Notes under the pieces: generated by a model | The model's database searches: none | The model's input: only the letters and a program-made list of their open reading frames with translations | Told to the model about the DNA's origin: nothing | Position numbers and translations under genes: made by a program | Shown here: in pieces, positions 13,660 to 25,199 of the stretch | How the letters are laid out: each line of letters opens with the position of its first letter | How positions within the stretch are numbered: the first letter of the stretch is position 1 | From: Chiloscyllium plagiosum | Taxonomy: Eukaryota | DNA: 64,000 nt | Direction: 5' to 3' | NCBI RefSeq assembly: GCF_004010195.1 | Contig: NC_057755.1 | Span: 759,581-823,580 of the forward strand

Positions 13660-13935
13660 AATTTGATTCGTTTTGATTGATTTAATGTCACATGCAGAGA
13701 ATTACAGTGAAACACTTTGTTTATGAGCAGTACGGGCAGACCATTCTAAGCAACGATGTACAGAAGAGAATATTTCGACAGAGGCATACAGGTTACATTG
13801 CACAGTGCGTACAAGATAGATCAGTGTTAAGAATGTCAGCATTACTTGAGTCAAGGGAGTCAATTCAGTAATCTAATAAGAGCTGGGCAGAAGCTGTTCC
13901 TGAACCTGCCGGTTTGTGTGTTCAGACTTCTGTGC
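13660..13935 (-). mobile_element. Rex-Babar LINE 3' end with (aatca)n-like tail
   Basis: gaagctgttcctgaacctg (antisense of RFRNSF). The paralogous copy lies at 53330-53750 on +. Confidence 0.65.
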
Positions 13936-14265
13936 TGCAGCCTCTTTGGTTTGCGCTGGGATTGCAAATTCATCCCAAAGTGCTGGACGAGCTCAGCAGC
14001 GGACCCATATGGTCAGACACCGTATTGTTGGTTGGAAGAAGAAAAGCACAATTTTAACAAGAACTAATACAATATTGATGTTTAAACAGAAATTGCAACA
14101 AAACACAACAGGATCTACATACAAACATGAACATTTCTAATATACAACACAATTTAGATAAAAGTATCTTCAATACTAACAATATTTAAGTTCCAATGCA
14201 CAATATTATTACATGTAAACACAATCATCTCAAAGATTCAACTAAATTTGTACTGACACAAACAG

Positions 14266-14484
14266 AGCTGAAAAATGTGTTGCTGGAAAAGTGCAGCAGG
14301 TCAGGCAGCATCCAAGGCGCAGGAGAATCGACGTTTCAGGCATAAGCCCTTCTGCCCTGAAGAAGGGCTTATGCCCGAAATGTCCATGCTCCTGCTCCTC
14401 GGATGCTGCCTGACCTGCTGCGCTTTTCCAGCAACACATTTTTCAGCTCTGATCTCCAACATCTGCAGTCCTCACTTTCTCCCA
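14266..14484 (+). mobile_element. Palindromic Penelope-derived element with a hammerhead-like core
   Basis: ~90-bp inverted arms (14263-14352 / 14362-14451) plus a 3' tail. The core ctgaaga-a-gggc-ttat-gccc-gaaa-tgtc lies at 14357-14384. An 11-bp TSD, gacacaaacag, is at 14255-14265 and 14485-14495. Confidence 0.88.
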
Positions 14485-14649
14485 GACACAAACAGCTCCA
14501 ACGTACCGCAATACATTATGTATATTATACACGTAAAACATGATATAACGTGTATATGAAGGACTTGCTGGAAGGAATGAATGCACTTTTGCCAACTTAG
14601 CAGATTAAACAAAAATATTTGGGAAGGCAAGGTGACAGATTACATGCGC

Positions 14650-15435
14650 TTTCTTAAGCATGCAGTTAGTGGTTGTAATATTGAAGGAGATGGGGTCGTC
14701 AATTTGTTGGAGGGAGGGGCTGAAGATGTCAGTGAATGCCTCCGCCAATTGGCCCATACTGGAACAAAGTGCATGGCCCGGGATTCCATTCAGGCCTGTC
14801 ACTTTCCTTGGTTTGACTCTCAGCAGTACTGTGCTGGCGTGTGCGGTGGTGAACGAGGGAAAAGGTGTGACAGGGGCTGTTGGGGCAGTTGTCACTGCGC
14901 CACTGGCTTTCTGCTCAAACCGAGCAGAGAAAAGATTGAGTGCTTCAGAGAGGGATGTGTCTATGCCTGCTATCTTGCTCGCTTCAATTGCCACCCCCCA
15001 ATGTTTTTTAGGCACTGCCATAGATAGCGATAGTCTGTTTGGTAAGTATAGGCCTCTAATGTGATCTGGTACTTCATCTAGGCATCCTTGATGACGGGAC
15101 GGAGGTCAGATCTGGATTCCCTGGAAAGGTCTGGCTTTTCCAACTTGAATGTTGCCCGTCTGGTCTTACTCGGGAATGGATCTCCTGGTTTACCCAAGAT
15201 CTACCTTTGAGGAAAAATCGGATTGACGTCTTCAATACGCAGTCCACCATGCATTTGAAAATGATGCCTGTGATGGTGGTGGCTACTCATCCAGGTTTTC
15301 TTCTGAGTACTTGAACATGGTCCAGTCCGCCAATTCCAAGCAGTCCCAGGGACTGTCGCTCACAGCCTCAGACCAGCATTGTACTTCGTTTTGTGAACAG
15401 TTCTCCCATTTCAGCTTCTGCTTGGAAGCTGTTTC
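14650..15435 (-). mobile_element. Rex-Babar LINE ORF fragment (linker and RT N-terminus)
   Basis: ORF 14605..15021 gives RVKPRKVTGLNGIPGHALCSSMGQLAEAFTDIFSPSL. Confidence 0.8.
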
Positions 15436-15589
15436 CACATGTAGGAGATACCAGGATATGAGGACACAGCCTCAGATGGGAAGGGACAACCTTCGTAACT
15501 GAGATGAGGATGAATTTCATCAGTGCAAGGATGATTAATCTGTGGAACTCATTGCCGCAGAGGGCTGTGGAGACCAGGACATTGAGTAT

Positions 15590-16080
15590 GTGTGATGATG
15601 CTGCTTCTTTACTAAGGCTGTGCTGTTCTTAGTTTTGTTTTCTTCGAGTATTTGTGAATGCAACAGTTCTGTGGTGTCTAGTTTGGATGGGATTTAGGGC
15701 CAATTTTATGATGGCTAACAGACACTGACTCAGGCAAACATCTTTAAAGTGTAAAAAACAACAATGATAGAGGAGTGGGCAATTCTCCATGCTCAGATTT
15801 TGTCAGGTCTGGTTTCGTTTGTTTCGCTGTTAACAAGCAATCAGTTTTTTAGACTGCTGGTAAAAGGAACGTCCACATGGAAGAAGTTGTTCCATGCCGA
15901 ATCTCTCTCTGTTATCTCTCCTGTAAGACGCTGTGTTTCCTTTTACCCGTTTTGACATGGGATGTTTATGAGGATTTTTGCAGTAATTTGGAACAATTAT
16001 TAAATTGAGATAGTCCGTTGGGATTTCGGATATGTTGTTAGTCTGTATTCTACAGTTGCTGAATCTGATCCTAAACATCG
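15590..16080 (+). mobile_element. Probable partial or solo LTR
   Basis: Begins tgtgatgatg directly after a CR1 3' fragment and has LTR-like composition. No partner or internal region was seen. Confidence 0.3.
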
Positions 16081-16089
16081 GCCACCAAT

Positions 16090-17900
16090 CCTGTCCGTCC
16101 TTGCCCTCTCGAGTTCCCTGTTCAGTGCATTTCTACACCCACTCAGCTGTGTTTTAAGCAATATCTACGATATCTCTGTGTCATACTTCCATCCATGCCC
16201 TGAGTTCATCTGTCTTACCTTACTCTTGCATTGTAAGAAATGTAGTTTAATTCATCAGAAGTCTGCTGTTACCTTGACTGCTTTGTCTATTTAAACTGGT
16301 CTCTTGCACTTCTGCACGAGCCTTAACCTTCTTTATTATCTCACGATTGTTTAGGGTGTGATGCCCATTCGAGACGAGATTAAATCCTCTCAATATCACT
16401 GGCAATTCTCGCCGTCGGACATTGTTTCCCACCATCGCCAGTTCTGATGACTTCACCACTCCGTCAAACTGTTCCTCGACCTTCAGTAATCTAAAGACTT
16501 GTCCACCGAGAATTCTGTTCTTCAGTACACTTAACGGACCTGTCATTCATTATCTATGCCCCCCGCTTATTGGACGTCCCGAAAGGCATTTCCTCACACT
16601 CATCAGAAGCAAATATCATTGTTATTACTCGGTGCAAATGGATATCAGCCTCTCCGCCTCACTATGGATAACATCCCCAATGTTTGTGTCATCTGCAATC
16701 TTAATAACCTTCTGCTTTCACGTCCAAGTCATTAATGTACATAATAAAAAGCAACGATCCCTGCACAAGTCACTGTGGGACACCACTGGTCAAATTCTTT
16801 CAATCACAATAACACCCTTCATCAACTTTCAGTCAACTTACCAACATGCCTTGGATCGAATGGGCTGGTACTTTTTGGAACGGCCTTCCATGTGGGATCT
16901 TGTACAAACCCTTACTGAATCCCATGGAAACTCCATCATCTGCACTGCTCTCATCTGCATTCTAGACATAATTTCAAGCAAACGGAAATGAATTCATCAG
17001 TCAGAATGTCCCTCTACCAAATCAGTGCTGACTGTTCCGAATCGGAATCTGCCTTTCCAACGGTTGAGTTATCCTCTTCCTGATAACAGTGATGTCATTT
17101 ACAGTCGAGGCTGGGTTAAGATACACAGATGGGAAGGTTTCAATAATTTCCACAATATTTATGTCAGACTAACTGGTCTGTAATGATATGATCTATCTCT
17201 GCTTTTTTCTTCAACAAATGAACTGCATCAGCTAACCTCTAGGTAATCTACACTTCACCTGTCGACAGCACAGCATTACATATAACCGACAGGGCCCCAG
17301 CAATCTTTCCCCTTGACTCACATAGCAGGCTGGGAGAAAGTTCATTGGGCACTGAGGATTTATCGACCTTTACGATTGTATAAATATGTAGCAACTCCTT
17401 GTGTTGATCTTAACATTCTCGAACTTTACTATGACAACTGAAACCCCTGGCTCCCTTATCTGTCTCCTTTGTGGATACAGATGGCAAATAATGAATTAAG
17501 AGGTTTAATGCTGCCTCTAGCTTCACGCACATATTGTCCCTTCAATTTCTAACAGACCACACTCCGTCCTCGCTAAACTCTTACTCTAACTATGCCTATA
17601 GTTAACCTTGCAGCTTTTGCTATATTGTATCTCCAACAGATTTCTCATACTCATTGTTTGCTGTTTATTTTAAGGACCCCCTTGCACTCTCTATACTGAT
17701 GAAGAACTTCAACTATTTTAATTACACTGTATGTTCTTTACCAAACTGACGATACCACTTGACATCTAGTATTCACTGGACTTATGGATTTTTCCATGAA
17801 ATCTTCGCAGAATACATAATCCCTCAATTCTGGCTCTTTCATTTCAAAATACCCATACTTTCAGAGTGTAATCTCAACTGCAAATAGTTCCTTGCAGGCT
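16090..17900 (-). mobile_element. Old degenerate CR1 fragments (ORF1 esterase and ORF2)
   Basis: Antisense remnants such as tttgtgtcatctgcaat (FADDT) and gtgggacaccactggt, plus an esterase-like stretch (LAMVGNNVRR) at 16250-16500. Confidence 0.65.
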
Positions 17901-18199
17901 ATGTTTGCAAGAAAAAAAAGTCCAGAATTATTTGGAAAAACCTCATCAAATGCGGCGGTAGATGTGGAGAGAAATCAGGGTAACTGTTTCGGATTGACCA
18001 ACCCTTTCTCAGAGCTATATTTACCAGATCCACTCTAATGAAAGTGGTAATGTTTAGTGACAGTGATAATCCAATATTAAATGGCGTCCCAATGTTTAGA
18101 CATTTTATGTCTGCAAAATCCTAATCTCATTCCATAACGAACTTTAAAACTTGGTGTTATCATCACTCTCGTGAAGGAATCTGCATAATTTCTTATGTA

Positions 18200-18870
18200 T
18201 ATCAACTTGTACAGTACTTTCAGGCCAACCCGAGTGCACCATCTCCCAGTCCTTATCAACCTCCCCAACTGTGCAACGTATCCCAGCCTCCACACCACAT
18301 GGCATCACTGTAATCTTCTACAGTCAAGAAAACACTCCTCTGCCGTGTCCTACAGCACATCACTACCTATCACCTTCTATCATCCCCACCTACCTCCCTA
18401 TCTGTATGAAATCCTCCAGTCCCTACAGCCTTTCCTCTCAACCCTGCCTTTGTGAAACCTTTCTGGAAGCACTTGCAAGTTTCGATGTCTGTAACTTTGC
18501 CCAATGTCTGCAATATTCTCTATCTCTGTGACCTCCTCCCATCAATACAATGCGCCCTCTCTCTAATTCCTCCAGTCACAACTAGTCTTTCTAAACTCCT
18601 GCAGCCACTGAAATCGTCCACGTCACTGTAACATCGTTTTAATAGTTCTAGCCATCTACAGTCTGTCAAACCCCACTGTTTGTATACTCTGCCAATCCGA
18701 AAACCGTTGCCAAGTCTGTAATCTCTGAGTATTGATAAATTGATCCACATTTTCATCTGTCCTATCTCTTTAATTGTCTGGAACCTCCACAGCTCTCCCT
18801 ATTGCTGAAACTCCTCTTATGTATGCATCCTACGTAAGCTTCTCCAGTTCTTGCTCCACACTCTGTTTTC
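18200..18870 (+). repeat. Degenerate pyrimidine-rich minisatellite-like array (tctctgtaacctcctccagc variants), left part
   Basis: Motif variants recur at ~18400, 18520, 18560, 18590, 18775 and 18835. Confidence 0.55.
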
Positions 18871-18929
18871 ACCTTCAGTTCATATAACTCATATGAAATT
18901 TATGACTTTATCGAATCTCTGCAATCGAA

Positions 18930-20075
18930 GAGTGTGGTGCTAAAAAACCAGTCAGGCAGCATCCGAGGTTCGGAGAGTCGACGTTTCGAACACAAGCACT
19001 TCATCAGGAATGAGGGGTGGCCCAAGGGGGCTGAGAGATAAATGAGAGGGGATGTGGCTGTGGGCTAAGGCCGCTGGGAATGCAATAGGTAGATGAATGG
19101 GGGAGGTGATGGTGATAGGTCGGAGAGGAGGGTGGAGCAGATAATTGGGAATGAAGACGGACAAGAAGGACAGTTCTACAGGGAAGTGCCGAGTTGGAAG
19201 ACAAGGTGGGGGGAGGGCAGACGGGGAAACGGTGAAATTACCTTGATCCTGTGTGTTTGGAGGGTTCTATGGCGTAAGATCAAGCATTCGTTCTCCAGGC
19301 ATCGAGTGGTCATTGTTTGGCGGCAGAGCAGGTCGAGGACTTGAATGTCCTTGGCAGAGTAGAAGGGGGCATTAAAGTGTTCAGTCACAAGGTGTGTTTG
19401 GAGCGGGTGTCCCGAAGATGTTATCTGAAACGTTCTGCAAGTTGGCATCCATTCTCCCCAATGTAGAGGAGAGCACATTAACAACAATGGAAACAGTAGA
19501 TGACGTGTGTGAAGGTGCAGATACATTTCTGACGGATGTGGAAGGTTCCTTTGGGGCCTTAGATGGAGGTGACGGGGTGAGATGTAGACACGCTTCACAG
19601 TTCCTGCGGCTGCAGGGGAAGCTGCTGGGAAAGGAGAGTGGGTTGGTGGGGGGCTTGGGCCTAACAAGGGACTCGCGAAGGGAATGTTTTCTCTGGAGCA
19701 CAAATCGGGGTGAGGATGGAAAATACAGCACCGGTGGTGGCGTTTATTTGTAGGTGAAGGAAATGTTGGAAGACGATACAATGTATCCGAAGGTTAGTGG
19801 TGTGGAATTTGAGGACCAGGAGGATTCTGTCCGTGTAGTGATTGGAGAGCTGGGGTTAAACGACAGAAGTACGGGAAGCGCTGGGGAGCATCGTCAACCA
19901 CTTGGGAGTGGAAATTATGTTGTGTGCAGAATGAGGCCATCTGGGATATTCTATGGTGGAATTGGTCCACCTGTAACAGATGTCACCAAGGCGGAGGAAC
20001 TGGGAATAAGGGATAGCATTTTTACAGGAGGCAATTTGGGACGAGGTGTAGTCCAGGTAGCTGTGGGAGTCCTCA
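18930..20075 (-). mobile_element. Penelope-like element (Neptune type): RT thumb, Cys linker, GIY-YIG endonuclease and pseudo-LTR
   Basis: HSYLDYTSS..SCKNAIPYSQFLRL; FPCSRRNCEAC; HLVTEHFN..DIQVLDLL..RCLENECLILRHRTLQ. A terminal hammerhead-like motif ctgatga...gaaacgtc lies on the - strand at ~18979-19007. Confidence 0.88.
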
Positions 20076-20369
20076 ATTACCTTGTTCTTTGTTATCTTGT
20101 CAAATTCCTCAGAGCTCTGTAGCAGCAAACTTTAACTAGGTTATTTTCACTGAAAACAATCTCTCCCCTTCTCCATCTGATATGGGAGACATCTTTTTCA
20201 AACTGAGTCTCACTATTTGTCTCTCTCCCATAAGGCGAATGAAGCATACTTTCAGTATCCACCCGTTCATTTCCCCCGAGGAATGAGACATTTTAAAATG
20301 TTCAGTTGCCTTCAGCAGCACATGACCAAAGGTGATATCCCTCGACCTTTCTGCAAGCACTCCCTGTTG

Positions 20370-21530
20370 CTCTGTACCTCCTGAATTCTAAAGCTTCTAC
20401 CAGTTTGTCTAGTATCCCGAAACAACAATTGCTGGCAATACTACAAACTGCTGATCTCTGTGAACCCATGGCACTCCCACCATCCTCCTCATCCGTGTGA
20501 ACCACTCCAGCTTCGACAATGCTCCAAATGTCGGCAGCTCCAACAACCCGCAACCTCTCCGTATCTTCCGGTCACTATATTTCTTCCTAACTCTGTCAAT
20601 TGCTCCAGCGCATTCGAACACCATCACTATTCCAATGTCCTGAAGCTCCAAAAACCATCTCCATCTGTGAAACATCCACTGGACACTACAGCTCTTCCTA
20701 TCTCTGAAAACTCCTCCAGCCCTCTGTAACCACCTTCAGTTCCGACAACCCTACTTACATGTAACACATCATCACGTCTCTGCAGCCCTCCCAGTCTATG
20801 GAACCTCCTCCAATCTTACAACTCTCTTGTTATCTCTGACTTCCTCAGTGATTTCAAGCCTCCCTATTCTGTAACATCTTTCGGGTTCCATGCCGTCGTC
20901 TATTGCAGTGAGCTGCTCCAGTCTCTAAAACCTTTCCTACCTGTGTGCCCTATCCAGGTGACCCAACCTTCATTTCTGAAGTGTCCTGCAGCCCATACAA
21001 TCCTCGCCATCTCTGTAAATCTTGCCTGTTACTCGTACTCTCTTTATCTGTATTAATGCCTCCCATCACTACAGCCACCTTTTGTGCATAGCCCCTACAG
21101 ACCTTGCAGCCATTGCTATCTGGATAACCACCTCTCACCAAGTCAACCTCACGAATTTCTTAACATTCTTCAGGCTCGGTAATGATAATTAACTGTGTAA
21201 ACTCCTCCAGTCCTTGCAACAGGCCTGATCTTTGTAACTTCTTCAAACTGCGACAGTCCTCCCAGTCGATGTTAACTCCTTCCGTTGCTCTCTGCCACCG
21301 TAATGATGTCACTGTTTTGACGTCATATGGTCCTGACGTCTGCAAACAGTTCTTCTCCCTGCAGGCCACCCAGCACTCTTAGTGACCGGAGTCACCACAA
21401 TTGTACATATGTCTCCAATATCTCCAGTCTCAGCAGGCTTACCTATCCCAATCACATCCTTCAGCTTGCACAGCGCTCACTGTCTCTGAAACATCTTACA
21501 GCATATAAAATCATCTCAATCTCTCACATC
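20370..21530 (+). repeat. Degenerate pyrimidine-rich minisatellite-like array, right part
   Basis: Variants of tctctgtaacctcctccagc recur, e.g. tctctgaaaactcctccagccctctgtaaccaccttcagt at 20701, with others at ~20795 and ~21195. Confidence 0.55.
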
Positions 21531-21884
21531 CACTTGGGCCAGATAAGCTAAATGTCAAACGAATTCAAGCATGTTGTGAAGAGAGGGTATCGTCAGCGCA
21601 ATACTGAGATATAAACAGATTAACGCTGGAGATCAAAATTTAAAGTCTTTTTGGGCGCAAGTGAGAAACAGCAAAGCGCAGCAATTGGTAGCAGGAATTG
21701 TTTTATAGGCCCAGCAGTGATGATATCGTAAATAGAGTGAAAACCAGGAATATGAATGAACTTATACCTAGTGCAATGCAGCAGCTCTGTGTAACTGTAG
21801 TCGCCATCTCGACTGGATAGCTATTGAGATTCAGTGTTGCACGGGATACAATCATGGATTGTAAACGAATTGGCTTTCCTGGCG

Positions 21885-23800
21885 TTACTCATTTGTGTGT
21901 ACTGGGCATCACTGACTGGGGCAGCATTTATTGCCCATCTCTAGTTGCCATTCAGAAGGTTGTGATGAGCTGCCTCCTTGAACTGCAACAACCCACCAGC
22001 TGTTGGTTCACTCACAATGCCATTAGTGAGGGGATTCACCGATTTTGATCCTGTGACAGTCAAGGAAGGACAATAGAGTTCCAAGTCAGAATGATAAGTG
22101 CCTTGGCGCGGAACTTGAAGATGGTTGTGTTCCGAAATATCTCCTGCCCTTGTCTTTGAAGGAGCTGTTTGGACATCTTTGGTGATTTTCTGCAGTATAT
22201 CTCATAGACAGTACACACTGCTGCTAATGAGCGTTGGGGGAGGAGAGAGTGGATGTTTCTGGATATAATGCCAATCAAGTGGGCTGCTTTGCCCTGAACG
22301 ATGACACGCTTGTCGAGTATTATTGGAGCTGCACTCAGCCATGCAAGAGGAGAGTATTCTGTCATTCTCCTGACTTGTTCCTTGTTGATGGCAGGCAGGC
22401 TTTGGGTAGACAGGAGGCTAGTTTTTTTTACTGCAGTATTCCTGTCTCGTGTCGTCATTACGTTTATGTGGTGAGTCCATTTGAGATTCTGCTCAATGAT
22501 AACGGCCAGGACGTTAAAAGTGGGATATTCAGTGATGAGCATATCATGGAATGTTAAGGGGGCAGTGTTGAGATTGTCTCTTATTGGTGATGCTAACAGC
22601 TTGGCTATTTCTCTTCCGTTTTATGGGCATGACGTGGCTGGCGATTTTCCAAATTGTCGTGTTGATGCCAGCATTGTAACTGTCCTGTAACAGTTTGGCT
22701 ACTGAAATGCAAGTGATCAATATTATTGCCAGAATGTTGACAGAATCCGTAGCATTTGCAGAGTGTAGTTTCTTGATACCACTTTAGTTATCAAATTAAC
22801 TGGAGACTGTTATCTGTAATGCTGCAGACCCCTGGAGGAGGCCAACATTCATCATGCACTTGGTGTGTCTCGCTGAAGACTGCTGCGAATATTTCAACCA
22901 TAACTTTTCACTGATCTACTGAGCTCTTCCAGCGTTGAGGATGGGGATATTTGTAGAGCTTCCTCCTCCAGTGAGCTATTTAATCATTCATCATTCGAGA
23001 CTGTAATCGGCAGGACTGCAGAGCTTAGATCTGGTTAGTTGGTTGTGGGATTGGTTAGCTCTGTCTATCAATTGCGACTTGAGCTTTTGGACATGAACAT
23101 AGTCCTGTTTGGTGACTTCACCAAATTGATTCCTCATCTTCAATTGTGTCAAGAGGTGTTCTGGCATGCCCTACTATGCACTCTGTTGAACCAGGGTTGA
23201 CTCCCTGGCTGGATTGTAATACTTGAGTGCGGGTTATTCGGGCTATGATGTTATAAATTGAGATTGAATACAATTCTCCTGCTGCTGTTGGCGCACAGTG
23301 ACTCATGGATACCCAGTATTGAGTTGCTCGATCTGTTCGAAGTCTGTCCCATTTAGAACGGTTATGGTACAGCACAACGTGAAGGGAACTATTCTCAATG
23401 CGAAGGCGGGACTTGGTCTCTACAGGAACTGAGTTGTGGTCTTTCTGAACAATGCTGCCATGGACAGATGCATCTGCAGCTGGCAGATTTTTAAGGATGA
23501 TGACAGGTTTGTTATTTCCTTCTTGTTGGTTTCCTCAACAACTGTTGCAAACGTAGTCGAGCAGCTCGACACGATCCAGCTCCATCAATAGTACGACTGC
23601 TGAGGCATGTTGGTGGTCGACATTGAAATCTCCCTCACAGAGGACATCTTTTTGTCCTAACCGTCCTGAGTGTTTCCTCAAGGGGTTATTCAACATACCG
23701 GATTACTGATTCACCAGCGGATGGATCGTGGTACGTGATTTTCAGCAGAAGGTTTCCTTGCCTATGTTTAACTTGTAGCAACGCGACTTCACAGAGTCCA
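21885..23800 (-). mobile_element. Decayed non-LTR LINE of the CR1/L2 superclade (APE to RT C-terminus, internally deleted)
   Basis: LAVIIEQNLKWTHHIN..EYSPLAWLSAAP..QGKAAHLIG; HNRSKWDRLRTD; APE-like GDFNV in antisense (gacattgaaatctcc) at ~23620. The 3' end shares sequence with the Deu-type SINE tails in this window. Confidence 0.75.
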
Positions 23801-23974
23801 GGGTTAATATTCTATAGTAGCATCTCAATGAGCCATCAGGGGAATGGCCTATTCTCGATCAAATATTGTGTCAAGCGAAAATTCTAATATTCATATTTTA
23901 AAGGAGATTTGTGCACATGAAATCATAATGCAGCTGCATCTTTTACTGAGTTTGAAACTGATTTGGTTAAGGCC

Positions 23975-24565
23975 GTGAAACATAGAAGCGGAATTAGGCC
24001 ATCGAGAACGCTCTGACTTCAATGAGACTATGGCTGATCTGATTAACTCCAACTCTCATTTCCTCTGCAACCTTCCTCCTACGATTAATTATAATCTAAT
24101 CTTCTCTGTTGTAACTATACTTAATGACACAACTTCAGCACACCTCTGCAGTAATGAATTTCCCAATACGCTGTGTGAAGAAAGTAAATCTCAGCTCTGT
24201 CTTGAATTCATGAAACCCCGCTGGGATTTTATCCCCCGAGATTGAAGATACTCGCACAAGGGAATCTTAAAGAAGTGACAAACAAGGGTTTTGAACGTAA
24301 ACAATGGATTTTGACTGCATTAACTTGACTAAGGCACTTCACAAGGTTCCTCCTGGTAGATTAATGCAGAAGATCAAATCTCAATCCTTTTGACTCTGCT
24401 GATTGACAAATTGGATGCAAAACTGATTTAGTTGTAGAAGACAGAGAATAGATATAGATTGATGCATTTCTATGTGGAACTCTGTGAACAGTAGTTTTTT
24501 TGCAAGGGTGCTTGCTGCAAATCCTGTCTGTAATTTGTATAAGTGATTTTGATGAAATTATCAGT
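23975..24565. mobile_element. CR1 fragments (3' end on -, RT fragment on +)
   Basis: A CR1 tail, aaacatagaagcggaattaggccat, followed by aaggcacttcacaaggttcctcctggtagatta (a KAFDKVP.GRL-like stretch). Confidence 0.6.
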
Positions 24566-24569
24566 TGTG

Positions 24570-25190
24570 GTCAGTTGCTGTCAGAACCAAGATTAATTAC
24601 ACGAGGAAACCTCCAGCTGTGTGTCCAGCAGGAACCATTGTTTGTCTTCTATTCTGTGTGAAAAGAAAATCCCTCCATATTTCGTAGAGCAAACTTTGGT
24701 TATAAACAACAATGTGCGAGGCTCTGTTAATGAAAACCAACATGCGATACTGAAACTGGATGGCTGGCATTTGTTGACGTGACAGGGTCTTGACACCATT
24801 GCTTCCATTCTCTTTAATTCTGTTGCCCAAATCGCTGACAGTCAGGCACATTCTAGTCGCCAGTGGTGTCCGAGCAGAGGGGTCAGAGTGCAAGAGAGAG
24901 TCCGAGGGATCCAGAAATGGAGAACAGAAGGAAGTTCATGATTTTACTCTTTAACGTTTTTCATAGTTTTTTGGTTGGTTTGTGCTATCAAATGCATATA
25001 ATAAATCCCTGGGAGTGCAATGATTCTGAACAAGCATTTAAGAAAGTTGAATGGAAGTCGAGGAATTTAATTTGCTGCACAAATACATTTAGTTCTGGAG
25101 TGACTCAATCCACGTTGAGTGCAGGTTCTGTGTACATTGAAACATCCAGCAACAACAAATATTCAACTAATGAATAAAGAATGTACGTAG
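24570..25190 (+). pseudogene. GPR139/GPR142-like class A GPCR pseudogene fragment (ICL2 to C-terminus)
   Basis: With frameshifts it reads SCCQ..VCLLFCVK..IPPYF..TETGWLAF..DRVLTPLLPFSLILLPKSLTVRHILVAS..RGQSARESPRDPEMENRRKFMILLF..NLICCTNTFSSGVTQS..LKHPATTNIQLMNKE. It is collinear with the 34601 pseudogene; the 5' half is replaced by CR1 DNA. Confidence 0.85.
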
Positions 25191-25199
25191 AGACGTCGA

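Larger units (their letters stand above)
9390..13935 (+). repeat. Segmental duplication unit, copy 1 (paralogous to 53470-57100 on - and 57120-59800 on +)
   Basis: Collinear anchors: attctctgttccctgcagt (~9456) is the reverse complement of actgcagggaacagagaat (~57021); ttcttcccggtggtc (~13292) pairs with gaccaccgggaagaa (~54102); cccatcatttctggtgtattgttcac (~13530) pairs with gtgaacaatacaccagaaatgatggg (~53851). Confidence 0.9.

Noticed and set aside
14242..14559. Mirror-image ORFs starting MCCWKSAAGQAAS on both strands
   Set aside because: A by-product of the palindromic element, not coding.
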